Assembly: GCA_051294375.1 (NCBI GenBank)
Contig: CM119266.1
Location: 18,098,087-18,162,086, forward strand
Source: Paraspadella gotoi
Lineage: Eukaryota; Animalia; Chaetognatha
Length of the DNA stretch: 64,000 nucleotides
Direction of reading: 5' to 3'
Below the pieces are notes generated by a model that did not search any database, was not told where the DNA came from, and was given only the letters and a program-made list of their open reading frames with translations. Positions 1-12,632 of the stretch are shown here, one piece after another. The position numbers were made by a program, and so were the translations under genes. Each line of letters begins with the position of its first letter. Position 1 is the stretch's first letter.

Positions 1-36
<36 letters not shown>

Positions 37-1364
37 GGCGTTCGGCAAGGTTAGGGGAAAAAAATGTCTCAGTATTGATTGAAAACAGTCTACGTCCTTC
101 CGATGTTGATTTAGGACCGGGAGACTGTATGGATTCAAAACAGGAAAATGATGGAGGAGAATTGATTCTCTCTCTTTCTCTCTCTTTCTCTCTCTCTCTT
201 TCTCTCTCTCTCTCCCTCCCCCTCTTTAAAGTTTTAAATTACATGGAAAAAACTTCCGACTTGGTCCTTAATGATATTTTTAATTGATATGCCCATTTCA
301 AATACCTAATGTCCCATTTTTATTTTTTCATTTTAAATCTAAAATATTATTTGCATATTGCAGTAGTTTACTATTTTCAATTAATTTGTCATTTCGTTTT
401 ATTACTTTTTTTGAAAATTTGCGAAGAGAAGTTTTCTTAGTTAATCTAATCCAATGTTTAAATTTACATTAAAATTCCTATTTCTTCCCATCAAAGGCGG
501 AATCGCTCCGCGAAGGAAAAAGCCCAATTGTCTTGACGCTTTGAACTTCAATAATCTACTAATTTATGAATCACAGTTCCGAGATTTAGTTCCTCGAATA
601 TTCTCGGGTGTTAACTCGTTATTCGTGATTTAACTTTTTGAGGAAGTCACTTTATGTGGCTTGGGTGGCATCTCTGACCTCATCACCAAAGTCCGGAACA
701 TTTCTAATAGAATTATTGCATGTAGTTATTGACAGGTCTCGGGTAAAGATTAATAATCTCTTGGCTTAGTTTGAACGAATCTACAATAAACGAAAATTAG
801 CTTTAAACATTACCAAAGTATGTCGTATTCTTATATTCCAAAACCGATAAATGAAAACTTGCGAATTAAATCGCTTCGCAAATTTTCCTTTTCGTCGATT
901 TTTCTTGACGGGTTAATGGAGTTAATTCGTTTTGAACTTTCGGTCCCGAGTTCGAGCCTCTCGCTCTTCCCCTTTCCTTTTCGTTTTCCTAATTTGGTTT
1001 TTGATTGAAATAAAAAATTTTTAAGAAATTCTGTGTTTAAAAAAAATATCCGAAAGATGACAGGAGGGTCGTTTGAAGAAGAGGGATTACTGAAAAAGAA
1101 AAGAACATGGAAACCCTTCTAAAAAGGCATGGCAAACATGACGAACATGACCAACATGAACTCTCCCTAACTGTTTGTTATGGAATGTCAGTTGGAGAGA
1201 AGAAACTGGCTAAGACGGTACGATGTTAATTCCGATTCTCGTTTACATTTATTGTAAAATAAAATATCTACACTAACCCTCTGTAAAATTGTGTTTTAAC
1301 GACCCAGGATCGGAGCGATTGTCAATTTAAATAAGATTCAGATGTTATCTCAACCCCGGCCTTA

Positions 1365-1448
<84 letters not shown>

Positions 1449-2452
1449 TCAAACTCAGGATGCTATAGAGGCGATTTTGTTTTGAGAGAAAACATTGTCC
1501 CCAATTTGAACTCGATTCCTCAGGACGCGGCTCCGCTTTAGCTGCCACGGCTGCCGCTGCCTCCACTTCCTCCTCCTCCTCCTCCTTCTCTTCCTCTCTC
1601 CGCCTACCTCTTGTTCCTCCCCTTCCCTCTCCCCCACTTATTTTAAAATATTCTTTTTTTAATCCACCTCTTTGTTTTGTTTCCTATCTTGACAATCAAA
1701 TCAGTATTGAACTATATTAAAAATGAAATTTATCTAAAGTGACAGTAGAGGAGAAAGCAACAAAAGGAAAAAGAGACTCTGCAACTTAAATGACAAACTA
1801 TTAAAGCAACAATTTTGCTTAACCATTACGTTATAAATATTGTAAATGTTGTAGATGTTGCAATATCGCTATTGCTATTATATTCCTTATCTTTGATGTA
1901 ATCAATATCGGTATCGTCGTTGTCGTCATCATAGTTGTCGTCGTCGCTGTATCAAGCTTCCAGTATTCTATTTCCCCCTTTGTTATCAGAGGCTAAATTC
2001 ATCTTCTCAGTTGCTTTATTATGGTTATTGTCGTTGTCGTTGTTAATATTGTCGTTGTCGTTGTTAATATTGTCGTTGTTGTTATTCGGGTCGTCACGGA
2101 AACTCGATATGAACTCGATGTTGTCTTATGTTTGTAGGCTTAGCTGAGGATGCCTAGGATGCCTAGGATGTTTGTAAGGACTGGGCTATTCAATTTTCGA
2201 TTGTTCAAACGATTTCAACAGAAAAAATCCAAGTAATGTTTTTGATTATTAATAAAAATGTTACTTAGTGTCATGTTAACTTGTTAAGGGTTGCCGAAAA
2301 ATGAAGATAAATATATAACTTTTTGCGGTTTACAGTTCAATTTTCTCGAAGAGAGAAAATCTGTTACGAAAACCGCAGCCAGATATCAAACATTAGTTTA
2401 GCAATGTCTTTTTTTATAAAATCTTTTTTAAACTATTATATATAACAAAGCT

Positions 2453-4898
2453 ATGGCGAATACTTCGAGTTCAAATTCGTTCTATTCGATCGTCACGAGG
2501 TCGTCACGCATCTTTGCGACGAGTTGGACTCAGGTTCCATTCATATTATTCAAATTAACTATGTTAAAGCGATAGAATTATTAATTATTATTTAATATTA
2601 TATTTTAAATAGAATATCACTTTTTTACGTAGTATGCTAAAATATCACGATTTAATTTTGTAGAATTTGTTCATCCCCAATGAAAAATTTTGTTATTTTC
2701 TCTATTATAAGAAATAGTTAAAATTTCGTTAGTTTATTTGGATGTGCAATCATTTTTTTGTCAAAAAAGTCCATTGATTTTAATTCTATAAGTAACTTGT
2801 CGGTCGGTCGGTCGGTCTGTCCCACTTACGTTAAAATTGCATATAACTTGCCTATAGTTTGTTGCTCATTTGTTAAGACAGAAAAAAACTTCAAATCTAA
2901 GGGACTGCTAGCGCCAACCTTCAGAAATTCCTAAGACGGAATTTTGCTGCAGTGCACGTCATAAATACACGGGCAAAGAAAGTTTTTTAGTCATGTCATG
3001 TCATATCTTGTGATCAAAGAGAAATACACGTGAAAATAAGGTTACTACGGCGCAACACATTGCAATTACCGTTCTTGTGTCTCTTTCTACCGAAGTTGCC
3101 TTCAACGTCGTTGTCAACGTCGTCGTCGTCGTTGTCTCCCTTGGTGCAAGAATGGAGTAAAAGGTAAGTTCGTAAAAAAGGGTGTACAGGTTTTTAAAGT
3201 GGGTGTGAGCGGGCGATTAAAAGTGTGTGTGTGTGTGGGGGGGGGCAAAATTATTGCCATTTTAATGTTATTTATTAGTAAAATAATTGGGTCAGTGAAT
3301 TTTAAATAGATGTAACGACACACCTAAAGAAATGATGTACATATATTTATAGTTTATAAAAATTTAGTGTAAGATAAAAAAAATACACTTTTAATCAGAC
3401 GATGCCATTCACATTGCGAACTCAACGAAGTCTGTAAAGTCTTTGGTCCGGAAACACTTCAGGTCACTAATTTTTTCCCACATAAGAACCGTCAAGTTCA
3501 AGGCGTTGCCCTCCAATAACTTTCCTGTACACGTATTGATCCCTAACATATGCTCAGCATATTGCTCAACATATTGCTCAACATATTGCTCAACAAGCAT
3601 TTGATGGTTTATCACTTTTCTGCTAAGTAGGAGTAACTAAAATAACCCATTGTTACATGAACAGACTGACAGACCGAGCAAAAAGCGACTTCTCGATTTG
3701 CTTCCCGACAACACGCAAAGCTCCTAAAAACCAATAAGCTATCAATAATTATTAAATACTCATTTTTACCGAAAAATTATCTCGATATCGAAATCAAGGA
3801 ACTGAGAGCGATGTTCTCCCTGTTGGACATTTCTGATCAAGGGTTCATCAGCCTTGCATCCTTAGCAAAACTTATGGAGAATTTTGGGTACAAGTTTTCC
3901 AGATTGGAACTCGTTGACATGTTAGCGGTGAGTTTAACATAAAATGATAACTGATACTAATTTTGATGCTAAACAAATTTACGTTTAATTCAACAGGAAC
4001 TGGATTTAGACAAGGATGAAAAAATCAGCTTTGACGATTTTTTACAGGTTCATTTTTTAATAATATTATTAGAATTTTAAACTTATTATAAATTCTGTTT
4101 TAAAAATTCGCAAATGTTATGCAATATACGATACAATATACGATAGATCAGTCGCTTTCTAACTGCTATATTTTTTTTACAAAACTTACCAAATTTTTTT
4201 TTCAGGTGATGTTTCGTCAAGGAATTCACGAATCTCCAGAACAAGAAGAAGAAATTTTACGGCGAAGTTTTCATCTTTTTGATAAATCGAATAAAGGTAA
4301 GAGTATAATAAAGCTGAATGATTAACTTAAATAATTAATATTATATAAAATTAGATATTCGATTTGGTTAGGCTTTAAATTTTCCGTATAGTAAGACCTC
4401 TCTGATAAGACCTTGTTCGCCGGTCGGTGGGCTTTTATTCGCTTCTCCAAGTCGGTTTTCGGTCTGTCTGTCAGTCTTTGGATATCGAGTTAAATGAAGA
4501 AACTTTCGAAGTTTGTTAATGATAAAAGTAATCACGTCTCTTCGAAGATCTAATGAGAAATAAAAAAAGGGTTGCCAATTATTAACAATTTTAAAATATC
4601 AGCTAATCGCTGTAACAGTAAGTTTTTTTATAAATGCGCTTTGTCACAAAAAGTTTGTAAGTTTTATATAATCACTACGTTTCCCCCTGTCACGAAAAAA
4701 GGTTTCATCGAAGCGGCGGACTTGTCCTCGATCCTCAAATGTTTTGGTCTCGATTCCTCCGTCGCCGAAGTCGACGAACTCATCGAGGAATTCGATGTTG
4801 AAGGCGACGGACGAATTCGCTTCCAAGATTTCGTCGATGAGATGAAGGAGAGGACAGGAGGAGGAAGAAAGAGGGAGAAGAGTAAGAGTCTCGTCTGA
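2453..4898 (+). CDS. Calmodulin/centrin-like four-EF-hand protein, paralog A (core exons 3399-3462, 3799-3927, 3997-4047, 4206-4296, 4702-4898; tentative 5' exons 2453-2533, 3096-3163)
   Basis: Spliced product ...PETLQ|ELRAMFSLLDISDQGFISLASLAKLMENFGYKFSRLELVDMLA|ELDLDKDEKISFDDFLQ|VMFRQG...LRRSFHLFDKSNKG|FIEAADLSSILKCFG...IEEFDVEGDGRIRFQDFVDEM has calmodulin-fold spacing, and all junctions are GT-AG. The two most 5' exons rest only on phase compatibility and an in-frame ATG. Confidence 0.85.
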
Positions 4899-5182
4899 TG
4901 GAGATGAAATCACATCTGATGATCGAGTTTATAAATTGTTTTCGGAAATGATTATCTTTGAAATCGGTACTACCGTGTCAACCATGTGATCTATTTTGAT
5001 ATAATTAAAGTTATGAAGTTATATAGTCTTCGCTGAAATTACCGGTAACATTGTCAATAACAACAAAAAAAAATAAGTAACGGATCAAGTCTCCGAGAAA
5101 CAAAAGACAAAACCAAATTTAATGAATTAAACCAGTGGCTGCGCCAATACATGTAAATCGCTTTCAAAGGGCTTAATAATAT

Positions 5183-5345
5183 TTTTTTTAATTTGTATAA
5201 TTTTTTTATTTTGCATTATTTTTTCAACTTGTATTATTTTTTTAATTTGCATCATTTTGTCAACTTGCATTATTTTTTTAATTTGTATTATTTTTTAACT
5301 TTCATTATATTTTTAACTAGTATAATTTTTTAACTTATATAATTT
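5183..5345. repeat. AT-rich minisatellite, ~20-bp unit (TTTTTTAAYTTGYATWAT)
   Basis: About 8 degenerate tandem copies between the two EF-hand genes. Confidence 0.75.
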
Positions 5346-6480
5346 ATTTAAATTAAATAAAAAAATATAGGATATAATATTTAATTATATAGATTTTTTG
5401 TTTAAAAAATAATATTGCTTAAAAATATTTAAATTATTTAAAATGATAAAAATTTAAACAGAAATTTTTTTTTATATAATAGTAGGTATAAAGGAGGATC
5501 TAGTAGGTGCAGATCAAATTTATTATGTTTTTTTATTTCTTAAAAAAAAATAAAATATATAATAAATATTTTTTTAAACTTAATCAAAAATACTATCTTG
5601 TCTTATTAAATGCTTTTATTTTAGAAAACCTCTAATAAATAAAGCTTAAATAAAAAATTATTTGAATATTATTTTATTTTACAAAAACGAACAAGACCTT
5701 TAGAGAAATATTCTTTTGTCATTAAATTTTTTTTTTGTTTATGGTAGCTTTTAAAAAAATATGTTTAAAATATACAAATATGCTATTTTGTATCAAGCGA
5801 TGTAAGTGAAGAATAGGTATGTACAGACAAAATAGAAAATCTTTAAAGAAATCAATAGGAATCTGAACTAAAATGCTGTTTGTAAAAAAAAAACTTTTAG
5901 TAAAAAAAAATATGACGGAAAAAAAATAACAGACAAAAAAAATGACTGAAGTTCAAGGCTAAAGTGAATCGCTAAAGCGATTTACAAAAAAAAGATTCGA
6001 ATCTGAAAAGTTGGTCCGGTTTAATTAAGAGGAAACCGGTTTGTCACTATCAACGATAGAGAGAAAATAAAACGAAAAAGATAGTATTTGCAGTAGATTT
6101 TTATATCATTACATGATAGTAAAACGTTATATATTACAAAGTTCTAATTGTCAAGTAATTTCTAAACTAGATTTTTTAGATTTCTAAAATAAATTTTTAC
6201 ATCTCTTTGTTATTTTGAATACAGGAAATTTTACAGAAAAAGTTGTTATTAAAAAGAAAAAATATAAGTGAATAAGTACATCATAAGATCAGGCAATTTT
6301 TTTGGTTCTCACTCTGTTGCACCCGGGAGTCTTTTTAAGAAAACTTGACAAACCAGGTTAAAAATTAATCGTTTTCAAACTGAAAAAAAATCAATCTAAA
6401 AGTCGCTTTTGTGTTTTTCGTTCAAAAATATAAGAAGAAAATAGTTTTTGAATTTAAACAACGATTTTTATTGACAAAGA

Positions 6481-6530
6481 TTTAAGTCAGGACATGTTTC
6501 GGCTCACAAGCCTTCATCAGCAGTTTTGAA
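6481..6530 (-). ncRNA. Minimal type I hammerhead-ribozyme-like motif, probably a Penelope-like element/retrozyme LTR remnant
   Basis: Minus strand reads CTGATGA-A-GGCT-TGTG-AGCC-GAAA-C-AT-GTC: both core boxes, a 4-bp helix II, a palindromic ACATGT helix III and a GUC cleavage triplet, with AATAAA about 20 nt downstream. Helix I pairs poorly. Confidence 0.6.
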
Positions 6531-6982
6531 ATCAACCATTTTTCAAAAATATAAAAAAATGCCGGTACCAGAAGGTAAGACATTGTATTTTGCATTTCGC
6601 TACTTTATTAATATATTATTAAATGAATTTGTTATCACTCTTTTACTTGACCGATTTTATTAAAATGAAACATTTATTACAAGATAATTACAGAGCAAGA
6701 CCCTGCAAACTTTTAATTCAGTCCACCTCCTTTCCTAAATGAATTTTCTGTTCAAGGTAAAAACCATTGGGAGTTCAACGACAACCCATCTTGCAGGTAT
6801 GGACCTATTGCTAAATATCATGTCACTATGTATAATTCCGAGTCTGTTGTATGTTTTCTCAGGTAAATTCCTGGCAAAATATATCCAATAGCATTTTTAC
6901 CAAGAACAATTATTTCCAGACGAGTACGAAAGTACTTGATTCAACTCGGACTGAAGTGACGATTTTTTTTTTAAATTTCCAG

Positions 6983-9282
6983 ATCCAATCGACGAATGTC
7001 GATGGCGGCGACTCTCGACTTGAAACAAAACATCGCAAACGAGACTTTACAGGTCTTAACAATAGAACACAATTTTAGGTTTATCCTTTTTAGCATTTCA
7101 TATTAAATATATTTAACTCTTCGGCACCCTAAATAAAGTTTCTTCAAATATAAAATAGCTGACTGACTACTTAAAACATTGAGAAATACATGGTGACAAT
7201 TTTATAAGCGCCGGTAAAAAAACGCTGTCATTTGCAAACCAGTGGTTATTTCACGATTTTAAAAATTAGTTGAGTAGAAAATATTAAAGTCAAGATATTA
7301 ACAATATTAATAAAGCCAACTTTCTCCACTCATTGTCAAGGCATATCTTAACTGATCAATATAAAATTTGAACATATAAATTTTCTACTCAACTAATTTT
7401 TAATATCAATGAAATAACCACTGGTTTGCAAATGACAGCGTTTTTTTACCGGCGCTTGTGAAATTGTCACTATGTAGTACATATGTAATTATTTATATAA
7501 TAATTGAAAACCAATAAACAATATTCATTAAACGTCATCACAAGCACAGGGAGTATATTAAGATCTTGTATAAATTTTCACTGTAGGAATTACTGAAAAT
7601 ATTTGTAAAAAAAATAAAAGTGTTTTTTCTTACTTAGCACAGTAATCATATAGTGAAAATTTATATAAGATCTCAATAAACAATATAATTTTTAAGTCTA
7701 CAGTTTCAAGTATAGAAAAAAATTACCTTTTTTAGACAGGTCAAACATTTTTAAACTTTCTCAGGAACTTAGGGCAACATTCTCTCTTTTGGATATTTCT
7801 GGCCAAGGATTCATAAATCTTGAATCCTTAGTGAAACTCATGGAAAATTTTGGGTATAAGTTTTCCAAATTGGAACTCGTTGACATGTTAGCGGTGAGTT
7901 GTAAATGCTGAAGCCGGATATTAGTTATTAGAGCATAGTGAAAGTAACATATGAGAATTCGAAAAGTCAATTATGAACATTGAACAATATATCACCAATG
8001 AATATTTATTTATAAAAAAAATTAATTTTATGTTTTTTAATTTTTGCAGTAGGCTATCTTTATATTTAGTACTATCCGTATAAAATCATTAAAGTTCAAA
8101 ATAGGCTTCTCTTAAGTTTTAAATTTTAAATTAAAGGTAAATTTAGATTTTTTATTCGCTTTACTAGTTATATTAGCGACTCGAGTTAACCTCGGTCATC
8201 AAGATAACCTCAGACTGAGGCTCAGTCACAAAGAATCTGTAGTCGGGCATTGCCGACTACAATTCCTTTCACCGAACTACCGTGAAGCCTTCGTCGTCGT
8301 CGTCGTCCTTTTATTATTGTTTTGAATATTTGTAATATGTTGATAAAACATATAACCCTTTTTGCCTTTGTTATTGACTTTTTAAGAGCCTAGTTAAAAC
8401 AATAAAGATTATAAAAGGAAAAAAAATAATGTTTAATTCATATTTACTTTACAGGATTTGGATTTGAACAAGGATGAAAAAATCAGCTTTGAAGAATTTT
8501 TGCAGGTGAATATTCACTTAAACTAACTTTAAAAAAAGAGAGACAATTTACGCTCAATATTTGTTTTTAAAATTAGGTCACAAAGTATGAAACTGTTAAT
8601 ACCAAATAAAAATTTATTATTTCAAAATTATTTGATAAGAAATAATATTAATTTCCGTGGCCAATTCCGTCCTCCACTTAATTCAACCCATCCCCAGGTG
8701 ATGCTTTTCCAAGGAATCAATGAATCTCCCGAACTTGATGAAGATGTTTTGCGTCGTAGCTTCCAACTTTTTGACAGGGGAGATAAAGGTAAAAATATTT
8801 ATTTATTTGTATTGTTGTATTATTTTTTAATATGTTTAAAATTATCCATTTCTTTACTATCATTCTCCAAGAAATTATAAATATAATACTTATATGTAAC
8901 TGAAACAAATAATATATTTTTTTATTATAAATAAAGTTTAATATCTAAAAAAATTAAAAATTTGGATTTTTTAAATTTAAAAACCTTTTTTCAAAATATA
9001 ATTAAACCTTTTTCTTAAAAATATAATAAAATAAATATTCTTGTAACTCTGATTTTATCATTATATTTCTCTCTGCCATAAAAAGGTTTCATCGAAGCAG
9101 CGGACTTGTCCTCGATTCTCAAATGTTTTGGTCTCGATCTTTCTGTTGCTGAAGTCGACGACCTCATCGAGGAATTCGATGTTGAAGGCGACGGACGAAT
9201 TAAGTATCAGGATTTCCTTAGACAAATGAAAATGGAAAAGCCAGAGAGGGTCGTCAAACTCATCAGGCAGTCCAGCATTTGA
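6983..9282 (+). CDS. Calmodulin/centrin-like four-EF-hand protein, paralog B (exons 6983/6996-7052, 7765-7893, 8455-8505, 8698-8788, 9086-9282)
   Basis: MSMAATLDLKQNIANETLQ|ELRATFSLLDISGQGFINLES...|DLDLNKDEKISFEEFLQ|VMLFQG...FDRGDKG|FIEAADLSS...DVEGDGRIKYQDFL...RQSSI*. Exon lengths 129/51/91 nt are identical to paralog A. In-frame ATG at 6996, or a further upstream exon via acceptor TTCCAG at 6982. Confidence 0.88.
7189..7474. mobile_element. MITE (~286 bp) with ~95-bp terminal inverted repeats and TA target duplication, Tc1/mariner-type
   Basis: CATGGTGACAATTTTATAAGCGCCGGTAAAAAAACGCTGTCATTTGCAAACCAGTGG... is mirrored by ...CCACTGGTTTGCAAATGACAGCGTTTTTTTACCGGCGCTTGTGAAATTGTCACTATG. TA at 7187-88 and 7475-76. 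Lies in an intron of paralog B. Confidence 0.85.
7554..7680. repeat. Small imperfect inverted repeat (~40-bp arms), possible decayed MITE
   Basis: AGATCTTGTATAAATTTTCACTGTAGGAATTACTG versus CAGTAATCATATAGTGAAAATTTATATAAGATCT. Confidence 0.65.
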
Positions 9283-9464
9283 TGGAGGTGGGGGGGACAG
9301 TATTGACAACTCATAAGGCAGTCCAGCATTTGATTGAGGGAGGGATGAGGTTATTTAGGTACTGAAGTTGGTAAACACTTTTAAGATGAATGATGATAGA
9401 TGTTTGGTTATTTAATTTATATATTTTGGTTATTAATCCTTTTAAAATTTTGTTGTATATGAAT

Positions 9465-9520
<56 letters not shown>

Positions 9521-10519
9521 CTTTCCTAAAAAAATATAATTTTGCAATAATACATGGTCTAAAACGTGATAATTTGATAAATATCTATTTATTATATTAC
9601 ACTAAATTTTTCCCTCTGCAAAATAAAGACTACTTTTTGTGAGAATAACTTCGTTGCCGTCCGGAATAAAATTCGATAAAAAAAAAATAAAAAAAAAACA
9701 AAAGACAAATGGAATCAATTTTAAGGGTTTTTTTCTTTTCTTTTGTTGAGACAACTGTCCCCTTAATCATATGGGAATTAAGGGAAAATCTTAAGGGAAT
9801 CGAATCACAACAAAATTTTAATTTCGCTTGAATTTTCCCTTTTTAAAAGTTTATTGGTTAGAAAGAAAAAAAGGAGGAAAAAGGGAAGGAAGGAGATTGA
9901 GAAATGAAGAAGAAGAAAGGAGAAGAAAGAATAGTTTAAGAAAAAATAGAATTAAAAGAGAAAAAGGAATTTAGTAGAAAAAAATAAAAAAATATAAGAC
10001 ATAAAATATTAGAAACCGAAAAGATAACATTAAAAGAATTGAAGGAGAGAAATAATGTGAATACGATGGAAGGAGATGGAAGGAGATGGAAGGAGATAAG
10101 GAAGGAGACGAAGAAAGAGTAAAAAAATATTAAATCTCTTGAGACTCATTAAAATTTCATTCCATCACCCAAATTTGTGAGATGAAAAAAAAGAGAACAA
10201 AAACTAAAAAAAGAGGTAAAGAAGAAGAGAGAAAATTGAAAAAAATTGAAAAGACTCATTTAATTTACAATATTATCTTCAACATGACGAACGGTTTTTT
10301 TTTACAACGGGTTCGTAAATTTAATTTTGACTCTTTGAGTATCTCATTATCAGAAACAATTTTAACTCATTCTAATTGTACGATAAATTTGGTCTTTTTT
10401 CACATTTAAAACATTTGGGGAATACCCAGAGTTTCTCTAATTCAGAGAATTTACATATTAGCCCAACGACTATTATGAACGTTTAGTGTTGTGATCTTCT
10501 CATAGAGAACAGAATTTCT

Positions 10520-10559
<40 letters not shown>

Positions 10560-11507
10560 ATAAATCTCATAGAAAACAGAATCTCGATCAATTGGGTCAC
10601 TTCCGGTCACTCGGCACTCGCAGTCACGAGACGATATCAAGACAGAATGGTATTTCGACCAGAAAGTCATTTGGATTTTTTAAGCAATTTTTTTTTCTTC
10701 AACTTTGATAAAGGTATTTATATTGAAGCACAATAGATGTGTTGAGGTGGAATAGAATCCATTATCATGTTCATTGTTCATTCGCTAATTCTTGATAACA
10801 AATGTCAGCTAATAATCAAAAGTATTTATGCTCCTAAATATTATCATTGTTTCTCTCTTCAGAAAAAAACGCGATTCTTTTCTTCCACGATTCCAACTTT
10901 TGCGTCAGCGCGAATGAACATGTCACTCGGTGACGCCTCTAGCGACAAGGAAGAAAACTGAGGGGAGAAGCGAGAGAACAAATGAACAGTCGAATAAAAG
11001 ATGGAAAGAAAAACAAGTTTTGCTGCGATTTGATTAGAAGAACTTATGAATTGAATGAATACTAGATGTTTGGGCAATTTTGGTGTCTCAAATAAAAAGG
11101 ATGGCTTTTTACATCTGTCAAATTGATGTAAACATAATAATAAATTTCACTTACTTTTCCCCCAAGAAAACCGGCAAGATTTTTCCAATGCTTAAAATGA
11201 TCGCGGCGAGAAGTATTTAAAGTCGTTGATCGCAAACGACAGCGACGCTTTGTGAGAAGTTTGCGAACTAGAATTAAAAAAAAGAACAAGAAATTTGTTT
11301 AATTCTAAATAATAATCAAACTCGGAAAATAGACGGTGAAAACTGAACAAAGCGTCATGATTTCTCACAGGAAAAAAAATCAATTAACAGACAAGTCACA
11401 AACCGTGGAGCTATGTCATATTCGCTTTCTTTCACGGAAATAAAAACCTTACAAGGAGATATTTTATAACCAGATGGGCAAGAGGAAGAATAAAAAAAAA
11501 CAGAAAA

Positions 11508-11576
<69 letters not shown>

Positions 11577-12540
11577 TACACGTGTGCACCAGAAGAGGAT
11601 CCATTTCGAAAAATCGATCTACTCAATAAAATGGGAGAGAAAATGGGGGAGATATGATTTTGTGAGGGGGAGGAGGGGGGGAAAGTGGGTGGCGGGGGTG
11701 AGGGAGTTAGGGAAAGGTCTTGAAGTAAGGGTGAGAAAATCTTGATGGCTAAATCTCAGATTTACATCATTTTTCTTTTCCTTTTTTTCTTTTTCATTTT
11801 CTTTATCCCTTTCTTTACACTTACTTTCTTATTCTCTTTCTCTCTTGTTAAGAGATTGCAAACCAATCTTTAAATTTTTTTTACTCTAGCGGCCGTCCAA
11901 AAAAAATTTTAATTGAGACTAAAATTTGAGAATTCTGCAACATCCGGTCAACAGATCTTATTCCTCCTCTTCCTCCTCCTCTTCCTCTTCCTCCTCCCTA
12001 TCGACTTCCTTTCCCCTGATAAATCGCAATTTATAAAATCTGACGCAAATTTTTGTCTTCAACGAGTCATAAACTTTACTGTTTAGGTTTAAAATCCTTT
12101 GTAAATACTTATTGAAAAAGCTTTCTGACTCTTGTTAATTATACCAGTAATTTAAAAATATTTTGGCCCTCAAGCGGAAAGAGAGAGAAAAACAAAATTA
12201 TATTGAGACATTGAAACAGCATTTTTCCAAATTATTGAAAATCTATTTCTTTTTCACGTCACTTAAAATGTGTGCCGACAATAATTCACTAAATTGCACA
12301 TTCATTCCCCCTCCATAGGCCCACCTTGCCCCCGGCGCTAACTCACGATATATTTCTCTCTCTCTCACTCTCCCTCTCTCTCACTCACTCACTCTCTCGA
12401 CCCCCTCATATCACATTCACCCATTCACACCCTGAGGGTGAAAGATTTTTAGGAGATCAAATCCTCTATACTACAAAAAAAACATGACGGAGTTCAAGTG
12501 AGGCTCGGTTTACGAAATTATCATCTTTCTAGCCTTTACT

Positions 12541-12543
12541 TTT

Positions 12544-12631
<88 letters not shown>

Positions 12632-12632
12632 T
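12541..12632. repeat. (TTTC)n microsatellite; representative of many (CT/GA)n, (ATCA)n, (CAT)n and (GAAA)n tracts across the window
   Basis: Direct reading; others at 1-34, 1368-1445, 10519-10558, 11511-11572, 18063-18121 and 39088-39176. Confidence 0.95.

Noticed and set aside
35-760. Possible terminal exons of an upstream gene (donor-like AG|GTTAGG near 50, acceptor-like CAAAG near 496)
   Set aside because: No recognisable protein in any frame; cannot be supported.
8238-8261. Perfect 9-bp hairpin TGTAGTCGG-GCATTG-CCGACTACA, Helitron-end-like
   Set aside because: No CTRR terminus or other element features could be tied to it.
10590-10961. ETS-like CACTTCCGGT motif plus donor (about 10713) and acceptor (10862) suggesting a small spliced transcript
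   Set aside because: No convincing ORF or homology; such signals arise by chance.
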